Source of the DNA: an uncultured Gemmataceae bacterium
Lineage (GTDB): Bacteria; Planctomycetota; Planctomycetia; Gemmatales; Gemmataceae
Reading direction: 5' to 3'
Assembly (NCBI GenBank): GCA_963750165.1
Contig: CAVVPN010000011.1
Coordinates: forward strand, 2,112,001-2,176,000
Length of the DNA: 64,000 nucleotides
Below, piece by piece: positions 22,189 through 30,688 of the stretch (positions within the stretch are counted from its first letter, which is position 1; each line of letters begins with the position of its first letter). A program made the position numbers and the translations under genes. Below the pieces are notes generated by a model. That model was not told the DNA's origin. It did no database searches and worked only from the letters and a program-made list of their open reading frames with translations.

Positions 22189-22462
22189 GATAACACTCCT
22201 CCCAGGCGGTTTCGGTTGTCCCGCAACCACGGCGGCGCACACTACCTCATTTTTCCCAGGAGCAACAGACCAACTGCGCCCTTGACCCGCCGATAGAATG
22301 GTGCGGGCAGAGCCTCGCTGGCTTCCGACAAGGGCGAGGCCATCCCACCCCGGCACGAAGCCATTTCCCATCGACAGGACCGTCATCGCGCTTCCACCAT
22401 CACCACGCCCCGTCCGCCCGCGCTCTCGCTGCGCGCCGCGGCCGCCGAGGAGGGATTCCGCA

Positions 22463-23749
22463 ATGGCTCGCAAGAAGACCGAGAAGTGCTGCGACTTCTG
22501 CAACCGTAGTTACAAGGAGGTCGGCCCGCTCGTCGAGGGCGGCGGCAGCGCCGCCAACGGCTCCAACCCCCCCGCCCATGTGTTCATCTGCGCCGCCTGT
22601 GCCGAGACCGCCCTGGACATCGTTCGCCTGGAAGGGGCCGGCACCATCACCTCCACGGCCCGCAAGCCGGACTTCCGCATCCCGACGCCGCGTGAAATCG
22701 TACAGCACCTGGACCGGCACGTCGTCGGCCAGACGCGGGCCAAGAAGGTGCTCGCGGTCGCCGTGACCAACCATTACAAGCGCCTGAAGGATGCCCGTCA
22801 GCCGCGCCACCAGGCCACCGACCCCATCGACCGCGTCCGCCTGGAAAAGAGCAACGTCCTGCTGCTCGGCCCGACCGGCTGCGGCAAAACGCTGCTGGCC
22901 CGCACGCTGGCGCAGCTGCTGCAGGTGCCATTCGCCATCGGCGACGCCACGACGCTGACCGAGGCCGGCTACGTCGGTGACGACGTGGAAAACCTGCTGG
23001 TGCGCCTGCTGCAAGCGTGCGACTACGACATCAGCGCCGCCCAGAGTGGTATCCTGTACGTCGATGAGATCGACAAGATCGCCCGCAGCGGTCACAACGT
23101 CAACATCACCCGCGACGTGTCCGGCGAGGGCGTGCAGCAGGCGCTGCTGAAGATGCTCGAAGGCACCGTCGCCAACGTGCCGCCGCAGGGCGGCCGCAAG
23201 CACCCCGAGCAGCAGTGCCTGCGCGTCGATACCACCAACATGCTCTTCATCTGCGGCGGCGCGTTCTCCGGCCTGGACGAGGTGGTGGGCCGGCGCGTCG
23301 GCCGGCGGGCGCTGGGCTTCGGCGCCGCGCCGGAGCCGGAGCGGCAGCGCGACCAGCTGCTGGCGCAGGTGCGGCCGGCGGATCTGATCGAGTTCGGCCT
23401 GATCCCGGAGTTCATCGGCCGGCTGCCGGTGGTCGCGGCGGTGGAGGAGCTGGACGAGGCGACGCTGGCGCGCGTGCTGACCGAACCGGAGGACGCCCTG
23501 TTGCGACAGTATCAGAAGCTGTTCCGCCTGGACGGCGTGCGGCTGGAATTCACGGACGCGGCAGTGCGCGAGGTCGCGGCGCTGGCGCAAGCGCGTGGCA
23601 CCGGGGCGCGCGGGCTGCGCGGCGTCGTCGAGGACCTGATGCTGGAATTGCAGTTCGCGCTGCCGGACTACCCCGGCAGCACGTGCGTCATCACGGATCG
23701 GGTGGTGCGCGGCGAGGAGCCGTTGCCATTGCTGGCCCGGGCGGCGTGA
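22463..23749 (+). CDS. clpX: ATP-dependent Clp protease ATP-binding subunit
   Basis: CDFC..CAAC Zn domain, [43 protein letters not shown] loop. Confidence 0.96.
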   Translation: MARKKTEKCCDFCNRSYKEVGPLVEGGGSAANGSNPPAHVFICAACAETALDIVRLEGAGTITSTARKPDFRIPTPREIVQHLDRHVVGQTRAKKVLAVAVTNHYKRLKDARQPRHQATDPIDRVRLEKSNVLLLGPTGCGKTLLARTLAQLLQVPFAIGDATTLTEAGYVGDDVENLLVRLLQACDYDISAAQSGILYVDEIDKIARSGHNVNITRDVSGEGVQQALLKMLEGTVANVPPQGGRKHPEQQCLRVDTTNMLFICGGAFSGLDEVVGRRVGRRALGFGAAPEPERQRDQLLAQVRPADLIEFGLIPEFIGRLPVVAAVEELDEATLARVLTEPEDALLRQYQKLFRLDGVRLEFTDAAVREVAALAQARGTGARGLRGVVEDLMLELQFALPDYPGSTCVITDRVVRGEEPLPLLARAA

Positions 23750-24207
23750 GGAAAAAAACATCCGGAAGCGTGCAAGTTCCAGGGGGGCTCGGAACTCACG
23801 CCGCTTCCGGAAGGTTCGGCACTGATTCAGGAAAGGAAATCCACCTGCACGCCAGCCCGCGCTGTCCACGACCTTGGTGGTGGAAAATCGTCGTACCCAG
23901 AAACGGGTTTATCAAACACGCACCTGTCAACGAATCAAGAAAATGGAAGATTGACAGGTCTACTGTTATTATAGGCACGCCCCGACAAAGGCAACACCCG
24001 GCAAATGATATTCTTCGCTGATTTGGAACCGTCGTACTCACCACTACTGAAGACAGGAAAAATCGCCAGTAGAGTAATGGTGTTGGTTAATATACGACGA
24101 TCTGCAAACGAGTGTCAAGCAGAAAAGCGAGAAAATCTTGCCGTTTCGCCGTTCCCTCGTGCCGCCGCCCCAGCGCCCCTGTCTGCGCCCTGGAGCGCGA
24201 GGTGGAT

Positions 24208-24274
24208 GGGGGTAGCGGAAGTCGCCAGACTTCCGTCCGTGCTGCTCGGAAGTCTGGCGACTTCCGCTACCCCC
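24208..24274. repeat. REP-like palindrome, copy 2
   Basis: GGGGGTAGCGGAAGTCGCCAGACTTCCG and its reverse complement. Confidence 0.85.
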
Positions 24275-24288
24275 GAGGGCCAACCGCC

Positions 24289-24342
24289 CTAATTTTTTTT
24301 CGCCGCCCGCAGTCGGTCGCGGTGGACGCGGGCCACGTCCCA
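24289..24342 (-). pseudogene. Displaced original 3' end of the TPR gene (WDVARVHRDRLRAAKKN*)
   Basis: Continues HYMWDVARV of the gene at 32643-33497 across the duplicated core. Confidence 0.85.
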
Positions 24343-24606
24343 TGATTATCGTAATACGTTGCTCCGCTTGCTTACCGTGACGTATCGGGTGGCCTGACTC
24401 CCGGCCCGCCCCGCCCACAATGCCCTGGCGGGGCATTGTGGGCCATTCTAGGGGGGTATCTGGGCGGGCGGCAACGGATTGCCCTGAGCCGCGTAAAATG
24501 AATGCAACGGGACGGCCGGAGTAGCTACCGGCTCGGCTCGCCCGGTCGGACGTGCAGCATCCTCTCACGCCGGTCGGGCGAGCGCTTCCCGCCTAGAGGA
24601 TGCACC

Positions 24607-25206
24607 ATGTTCGATGACCTTCCTCCCGTCGATGGACACGTCACCATCAGGATCGAACAGCCGCGCCTCCAAGTCCGCCAAAAGTTGATGGAAGCCTTGG
24701 CGCGGGAGCGGATCATCCTGGAACTCTGGGGGCCGCTAGTGCCGAACGAATTCGATTTTGGCGCGACGACGCGCGACCTGTGGGAGTTGTGGTGCGCCGA
24801 GGTAGGGGAACTGAGAGCGCCCCCGCCGAGGCCGACCCCGAGGAACTACCAGGAGACGGCCGACGCGCTTGATCTATTCCAACGCGCAGTTGATGCGCTG
24901 CCCGACTCAACGCCGCCAACACCGCCCCTTGCCCCTCGGCTAACCCTCGACCGTGATACCCTTACCGTCACACTCGACGGCGAGTCATACACCCTCGAAG
25001 ACCCGACCACCTTCCTGCTTTACGCGGCGGTCGTTGAAGCCGAACAACCCCCCATCACTGCGGACACCATTCGCGGCAAGGTCAAGGGGCTGAACGGCAG
25101 CAAGGCGGTCGTGAAGCGGATAGCCTCCCTCCCCGATTCCCTGCGGCAGATCATCAAGAGCGCCCCCGGCCGCGGTTACTGGTTCCAGCTCCCACCGTTG
25201 TCATGA
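24607..25206 (+). CDS. Hypothetical protein with possible C-terminal winged helix
   Basis: LTLDRDTLTVTLDG...IIKSAPGRGYWF resembles an OmpR-like wing. Confidence 0.65.
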   Translation: MFDDLPPVDGHVTIRIEQPRLQVRQKLMEALARERIILELWGPLVPNEFDFGATTRDLWELWCAEVGELRAPPPRPTPRNYQETADALDLFQRAVDALPDSTPPTPPLAPRLTLDRDTLTVTLDGESYTLEDPTTFLLYAAVVEAEQPPITADTIRGKVKGLNGSKAVVKRIASLPDSLRQIIKSAPGRGYWFQLPPLS

Positions 25207-25318
25207 AAAAAAAGTTCCCAAGTAGGCCCCAAGTAGGCCCTAAGTGGGCCGTTGCACGAATCCCCATTTTTCGGCAAAATGCCTCACGTTGACAACCCAT
25301 TGTCACCGGGAGGCATCC

Positions 25319-25570
25319 ATGTCCACCACGACCACGCATATCCGCATCGAGCCTGACGGCATCTATGACGATCTGGCGCTGTACCAGGCGCTGGGCATCA
25401 GCACGGCGACACTGGCGCGCTCCCGCAGCGACGGCAGCTTGCGATACACGCGCAAAGGGAACCGCACCCTGTACCTGGGGCGCTGGGTGTTGGCGTGGTT
25501 GACTGCCGGCGTCGATGACCTGCCCGACGAGGACCGCCAGACGGTTGCCGCGAACGCTGCTGAGAAGTGA
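25319..25570 (+). CDS. Small HTH, excisionase/AlpA-like DNA-binding protein
   Basis: GGAGG RBS; LGISTATLARSRSDGSLRYTRKGNRTLY. Confidence 0.7.
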   Translation: MSTTTTHIRIEPDGIYDDLALYQALGISTATLARSRSDGSLRYTRKGNRTLYLGRWVLAWLTAGVDDLPDEDRQTVAANAAEK

Positions 25571-25638
25571 AAACGGCAACCGTGCTGGGGTCACGTCCGG
25601 CACGGTTGCCTCAATCCGAAAGCACAGGGTACACAACC

Positions 25639-25959
25639 ATGATAACGCATCCTCCCCGCCCCGGCGACGGCCAGCCGCAATCGCGCTTCGCCGCGAAGAT
25701 AGCGGCCCTCAACGCTCTCGACCTGCCCCACCCCGACACTGGCAAGCCGTGTCCGCCCGTCCCACGCCCATTTCGGTTGCCCTTTGGCCGCTACCGAGGA
25801 CTTCCGCTCTCCCAGATACCGGCGGACTACCTGCTGTGGGTGTTGCGGGTGGTCAAGTTGTCCAGGGGTCTGCGTGCCGCCGTGTCCGACGAGTTGGCCT
25901 GTCGGGATATGTTCCCGCCCCTGCCGCCCGACACCCGTGTCGTCGGGAAGGGGGGCTGA
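25639..25959 (+). CDS. DUF3820-like small protein
   Basis: LPFGRYRGLPLSQIPADYLLWVL; paralog at 36748. Confidence 0.7.
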   Translation: MITHPPRPGDGQPQSRFAAKIAALNALDLPHPDTGKPCPPVPRPFRLPFGRYRGLPLSQIPADYLLWVLRVVKLSRGLRAAVSDELACRDMFPPLPPDTRVVGKGG

Positions 25960-25963
25960 CACT

Positions 25964-27445
25964 ATGCCTAAGAGTCCTAATAGCCGGTACGAAGTCGATC
26001 CGCTGCTGAACGGCCAGCACAAGCCCCCTGACGCCCCTCCCACGGAATCGCTCGGTGGCATAGCCCGCGCCTGGCTAAAGTCCAACGAACTGAACCGCCC
26101 CGATGAGGTAGAGATCGGGGCGGGGGTCGAGTACACGGACGACCCTCGTGACGAAACGGCCAGTTGGGAAGACGTGGCAAAAGTGGTGGACGGTATCAAG
26201 TGGCTCCTGAAGGGGTGGGTTCCCTACGGGATGCTGAGCGGCATCATCGCGGAACCCAAGGCGGGCAAGTCGGCCTGGGTGCTGTGGAACCTGGTCCGGC
26301 CCCTGATTACCGCCGAAGTTTGGTTCACGGGCCAGCGTCCCTTCGCGGAACCGCGGGACGTGTTGTGGATTGACACGGAGGGGAGCATCGGCCTGAACCT
26401 GGAGCGGATGAAGCAGTGGGGGCTGCCCCTTCCGCGGGTCAAGGTGCCGTTCCCCGACGACCCCTTCCGGCGGATCGACCTGAACGACAGTGGGCATGTG
26501 CAGCGCATCGGCGACGTGATCTGCAAGTATAAGACGCCCCTCGTCGTGGTGGACAGCTACCGCGGCTCGCACGGTAAGGACGAGAACAGCAGCCTCTCCG
26601 GTTCGGCCCTGAGCAACTTAGCTGACATCGTCCAGCGGACCCACGCCGCGGCCCACGTCATCCACCACACGGGCAAACTCGCCGCTGGCACAGAGATCAA
26701 CGCGAACAGCGCGCGCGGCAGCAACGTCTACCTGGCGATGGTGCGTTGCTTGCTCGGCATCGACCGCCCCGACCCGCAGAGCGACTGGCGCCGTGTCCGG
26801 GTTCTCGCCGAGAATTTCGGTGGCGCCCCGATGCCGGTTGGGTTCCTCATCACCGGCAAGGGACTGGAGTTCGGGCCGGCTCCTGAGAAGCCCCAGGAGG
26901 AACGCAAGGAGACGGGCAAGGATCGCGCCGAGCAGTGGTTGCGGGCACGGATGAAACCGGACACCCCTTACCCAGCAGCGACTATCATCGAGGAAGCCGA
27001 AGCCGCTGGCTTCAGTCATACGGGCACTTTGCAGCGCGCTAAAGCGGCATTGAATGTTGAAACGGTCAAGAGCGGGAAGCACCACTATTGGCGACGGCCG
27101 GCACTGCCGGATGAGTCCCCCGAAGGGATGCTCGGTGAGGCCGTCTGCTACACATACGCCTTGACGGACGGCACCGCGATCAAGGTCGGGAAGTCGGAGC
27201 AGAATCCGAAGGATCGCTTGAGCGAGCTACAGACCGGCAATCCCCGAACGCTACGACTGCTGGCCTTCACCCCCAAGCTGACAGAAGCCCAGGTGAAGGA
27301 GCGTTTGGCGAATCATCATCAGCGGGGAGAATGGTTCAACCTGTCTGCCCCGGTCTTGGACGAAATCACTGCTTGGGAGTGGCGCGACGAGGACGAGATC
27401 GCCAGGCTCAAGCAAGGTATCGCCGGAGGCTCCGGTAATACCTAA
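25964..27445 (+). CDS. RepA/RecA-like AAA helicase with C-terminal GIY-YIG (T5orf172-like) domain
   Basis: AEPKAGKS Walker A, LVVVDS Walker B, IHHTGK, ARGS; YTYAL..IKVGKS..PKDRLSELQTGNP..GEWF. Confidence 0.8.
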   Translation: MPKSPNSRYEVDPLLNGQHKPPDAPPTESLGGIARAWLKSNELNRPDEVEIGAGVEYTDDPRDETASWEDVAKVVDGIKWLLKGWVPYGMLSGIIAEPKAGKSAWVLWNLVRPLITAEVWFTGQRPFAEPRDVLWIDTEGSIGLNLERMKQWGLPLPRVKVPFPDDPFRRIDLNDSGHVQRIGDVICKYKTPLVVVDSYRGSHGKDENSSLSGSALSNLADIVQRTHAAAHVIHHTGKLAAGTEINANSARGSNVYLAMVRCLLGIDRPDPQSDWRRVRVLAENFGGAPMPVGFLITGKGLEFGPAPEKPQEERKETGKDRAEQWLRARMKPDTPYPAATIIEEAEAAGFSHTGTLQRAKAALNVETVKSGKHHYWRRPALPDESPEGMLGEAVCYTYALTDGTAIKVGKSEQNPKDRLSELQTGNPRTLRLLAFTPKLTEAQVKERLANHHQRGEWFNLSAPVLDEITAWEWRDEDEIARLKQGIAGGSGNT

Positions 27446-27523
27446 TCCCTTGATACCTTAATATGTTCTATTAAATATATAATAAGTATCATATTAAGAT
27501 ATCATCCTATTAGGTATCAAGGG
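27436..27523. other. AT-rich putative replication origin of element A
   Basis: Very AT-rich tract bounded by 12-bp inverted repeat CCCTTGATACCT (27447)/AGGTATCAAGGG (27512), immediately after the replicase. Confidence 0.6.
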
Positions 27524-27837
27524 GCGGGATGGCTCCCCGTGCCCCAGCTGCTTTCCCGCCGGGAACGGCGGCATGGTATCCTGACTGTGCTGGAAAACGA
27601 TTGACGTTGTAACAATGACAGCAAGGTAGCTCGCCGGTCAGGCCATGCCAGCGTCCGAGACGACCAATCGCAGACGCCAAGAGCGCAAGACTTTCCAGCA
27701 ATCTTGCTGATCGAAGGCACGAAACCAACCGTGCGTAGGGAGCCGCGAAGGAACTGGCCCCGGTGCGCGGAGGGGGGGGTCATAATGCGCGAGAACATGC
27801 CGGGGGGAGGTGGAACGCCCCCTACCTGCGGTCAGGG
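27521..27837. repeat. Conserved non-coding block shared with element B (39470-39790)
   Basis: Co-linear high similarity with small indels; no convincing ORF. Confidence 0.85.
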
Positions 27838-27839
27838 GT

Positions 27840-28420
27840 AAATACGCGGCAGGCCTTATCACCTGCCATCGCTGCTGCTCATTGAGATTGGAACCAACCC
27901 AAAATAAGTACCCCGCGAGGCAGAGGACGACCAGCAGGACGACCAGCAGGAGGATCAGGACGATTACGACAAGTGCGATCATGGACCCGGCCGTGATCCA
28001 TTGCGGGGCATTGCCAAACGGACCTTGGTTGGCGTACCTTCTTGCTCCGCTTGGTCGTCATTGCGCCTGCTCCTGCTGCGTTGTCGATCCCGCCGATTCT
28101 GCCAGTGGTTGGCCCCTTGCATGGGAGAATTTGGGAGCGCACTAGGGTTGTCTTCCTTGACCACGGGGACGAGCGCGACGGGTTCTTCCGGTTTTGGCGT
28201 GCCCCCCGTTGCCACTGGGTTGAACCGAATTGGCCCTAAATCGGGGACGTTTGGAATCATCGCCGGTGGCGCTGTCTTGGCAAGCTGATCGTCCGACAGT
28301 GGAATTGCGGGCGGGACAGTGACGGGTTGGCCGCACGCCCGGCATTTGCTGGAGCGGCCCGCGCAACTTCAGCGGCGCGGAGAGTTGCATTCCACAGCGA
28401 GGACAGGCGAAACGGATCAT
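27840..28420 (-). pseudogene. Zn-ribbon membrane-anchored protein, fragmented
   Basis: MIRFACPRCG...SKCRACGQPVTVP, Pro-rich linker and a TM helix spread over several frames. Confidence 0.5.
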
Positions 28421-29266
28421 GGGTTGTCCCTTTGGTGACGGGAATGCGCCGGCCCGCCGACGCCATGCGTAGCCGATCATTCCCACCGCACCGATGCCGA
28501 GAAGGGTTAGTGAAGAGGGTTCGGGGGTGGACACGATTTGATATTCAAATGCCTGCGTTTGACCGTTGGCGTCGATGTAGTATCCTTCCACCGTGTTTCC
28601 GGAGATGCCGGTTGCTGCCGAATACGTTGATCCGGCAGGGCTGATGTTGAGGTAGGACGAGCCGTTGTAGAGAAAGGCCGACTGGCTTGTTCCGTTGCCA
28701 TTGTCGCTCCACCAGCCGACAACGTTGTTGCCAGAAACCGCAGAGGCAATCGTGTTAAACGAACCAGGGACATATATTGTCGTGAATGTCGAGCCGTTCA
28801 AGAGGAACCCGGTGTAATGGCCGTTACCGGGTTGAGAATTGCCGATTATGTTGTTGCCAGAAACGCCAGTCGTTTCGGTGTAGGTCGCACCCGGTACGTC
28901 GATGGCGGTATAGGTCGATCCGTTTATTGTGTAGAGAAATCCGTGGAAGTTAAGGCTGGCGTCCTCGTAGATGCCGACGATGTTGTTACCGGAGATGCCC
29001 CGCAGGGTCGTACCGGGGACTCCGTTCTGGCTTGGGATTGTCACTGAGCCAGGGTAATTGATCGTCGTGTAGGTCGAACCGTCGTACAGGAATCCTTGCG
29101 TAGTACTGCCGTCTGAGTAGTAGCCGACAACGTTATTGCCATCTGCGGCGGTGGTCTGGGAGCTAACCGAGCCGGGGTAATAGACAAAACCGGCCTTCGC
29201 CTCTCGTGGGCTGCCGACGAGCGCGGCCAACACCGCACAGGCGAAAATCACAAGGCGCACGTTCAT
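28142..29266 (-). CDS. PEP-CTERM surface protein with GISG/GFLY repeats (true end probably near 28450)
   Basis: Signal peptide; TPEPSSLTLLGIGAVGMIGYAWRRR; the ORF runs on into the next gene. Confidence 0.85.
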   Translation of the reverse strand: MNVRLVIFACAVLAALVGSPREAKAGFVYYPGSVSSQTTAADGNNVVGYYSDGSTTQGFLYDGSTYTTINYPGSVTIPSQNGVPGTTLRGISGNNIVGIYEDASLNFHGFLYTINGSTYTAIDVPGATYTETTGVSGNNIIGNSQPGNGHYTGFLLNGSTFTTIYVPGSFNTIASAVSGNNVVGWWSDNGNGTSQSAFLYNGSSYLNISPAGSTYSAATGISGNTVEGYYIDANGQTQAFEYQIVSTPEPSSLTLLGIGAVGMIGYAWRRRAGAFPSPKGQPMIRFACPRCGMQLSAPLKLRGPLQQMPGVRPTRHCPARNSTVGRSACQDSATGDDSKRPRFRANSVQPSGNGGHAKTGRTRRARPRGQGRQP

Positions 29267-29428
29267 GCTGTGTTCTCAGTGGTCCAGGGATGAAGGCGTG
29301 GCGGCTGGCGCTGGGTCAGCCGCACCATCCACCAATGTACACCCTGCGCGGACTCGATGCTAGTATGTCGTTCCGGGAATTTGCGAATCGACAAGCGGCC
29401 GGGGTGGGCAGCCCCGACCGATGCCGTT

Positions 29429-29743
29429 TCATGCGACCGATGCCCCCGCGACCTCCGCGAACGCCAGGACGCGGCGAATGCGGTCGGCGGGTACGTCGTT
29501 GACGCTGTACCACAGCCCTTTCCTCGACCGCCGTAACCAGCGCCGCGGCACGTTCAACTCCAGGACCACCACCTGCTCGACTCGGCCGCCGTGGCGCTTG
29601 ACCGTGTGCAGGGTTGCCCAGCTGGACTTGTTCAGCGAGTGCAGCCATACCACCTTGAGCCGACCCTTGCTCTTGCAACAGAGCAAGCCGCCCTTCAGGA
29701 TGCTGGCCAGATTACGGGCGAGCGTTGCGTGGCGAATCTTCAT
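29429..29743 (-). CDS. Small ADP-ribosyltransferase-fold protein (Tpt1/KptA/DarT-like)
   Basis: RHAT...NLASILKGGL, VWL, VLELNV, WYSVNDVP pattern. Confidence 0.6.
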   Translation of the reverse strand: MKIRHATLARNLASILKGGLLCCKSKGRLKVVWLHSLNKSSWATLHTVKRHGGRVEQVVVLELNVPRRWLRRSRKGLWYSVNDVPADRIRRVLAFAEVAGASVA

Positions 29744-29806
29744 GGCCGGTGCCCTCCTGTAGCAAGCGGGGCGGGGTTGTGGTCCCCCGCCCCGTGGTTG
29801 CGTTGG

Positions 29807-30118
29807 TTAGAGCTTTCCGGCCGCCTGCAACGCCGCGAGTCCCGAGGCGTGCTTGCAGTGTTTCCACTTCAAGAACCCCTTGCACTCGCAACTGTGCCCG
29901 TCCGCGTTCAGGTTGACGTGGTACTCGTCCTCGCTTCCCACCTTCGACACTCGGAACCCGCTGCCGAAGTCGCTGGCCACCTTCGCCACAAGGTAGCGGT
30001 CGAGTTTGCCGTTCTGGCGAATCTCAACCACCCCTGACGAACCCGGCTCGCTTCCGATGGGCAGGGCCAGCTTGATCGTCCGTTGACGCGCCTTGCGGGC
30101 TTTCGTTACCGTAGCCAT
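29807..30118 (-). CDS. SWIM zinc-finger protein
   Basis: YHV...CECKGFLKWKHCKH. Confidence 0.8.
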   Translation of the reverse strand: MATVTKARKARQRTIKLALPIGSEPGSSGVVEIRQNGKLDRYLVAKVASDFGSGFRVSKVGSEDEYHVNLNADGHSCECKGFLKWKHCKHASGLAALQAAGKL

Positions 30119-30319
30119 TGCGATTCCTCTTCTTCAGGAATTGCCACGGGCCGGGGGTGTTGACGCACCCGCCGGCCCAAATTCGTTTCGGACCCGTTTT
30201 GCCTCCCTCTGTTTGGCAGGACGGGAACCAGTCCCCCCTGCCCGTGTCCCGCTCTCTCTCCCGGTTTCCCGGTTCCGAGCGGCAAATTGTCAAAGATCAG
30301 CTTGAAGCCATCTGTAACC

Positions 30320-30402
30320 ATTGTATTCCGCGGTATACCGCAAATCAAGGTTAGTTGGGAAAATATTTTGCGGTTTACCGCGGGATACCGAACCGCTATA
30401 AT
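30320..30402. promoter_or_regulatory. Divergent promoter/operator region of element A
   Basis: Palindromes GCGGTATACCGC (30330) and GCGGTTTACCGC (30370); rightward TTTACC-17-TATAAT; leftward TTGATT-17-TACAAT. Confidence 0.7.
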
Positions 30403-30466
30403 AGGGGTAGCCACGGCGGGCCGTTTGCCCGCATTGGGGGCGGGCCGTGGCGCTGGGGGTTTAACC

Positions 30467-30688
30467 ATGAGAGCAGCAGTGGCAAAGAAAGCTGACGGCA
30501 AGAAGTCCGGCGGGGGTAAGCACAAGGCGCCGCGCCTGATGGTGCCTCTGCCGAAGGACGTTGTTGAAGCCTTCCGCGACTGGTGCGACGAGAACCGGCG
30601 CGTCCTGGGTTGGGAGGTCGCCCACTTGATGAAGCAGTTCCTCAAAGAGCAAGGCCGCTGGACCGAGGAAGAAGGGGGTGCGCAATGA
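30467..30688 (+). CDS. Small, probable ribbon-helix-helix regulator
   Basis: RLMVPLPKDVVEAFRDWCDENRRVLGWEVAHLMKQFL; stop overlaps the integrase start. Confidence 0.6.
   Translation: MRAAVAKKADGKKSGGGKHKAPRLMVPLPKDVVEAFRDWCDENRRVLGWEVAHLMKQFLKEQGRWTEEEGGAQ

Noticed and set aside
23750..24130. AT-richer intergenic tract as ncRNA
   Set aside because: No recognisable tRNA, riboswitch or conserved structure by eye.
28142..28460. PEP-CTERM fused to a Zn-ribbon domain
   Set aside because: The paralogue in element B ends shortly after RRR; the read-through is probably an indel artefact.
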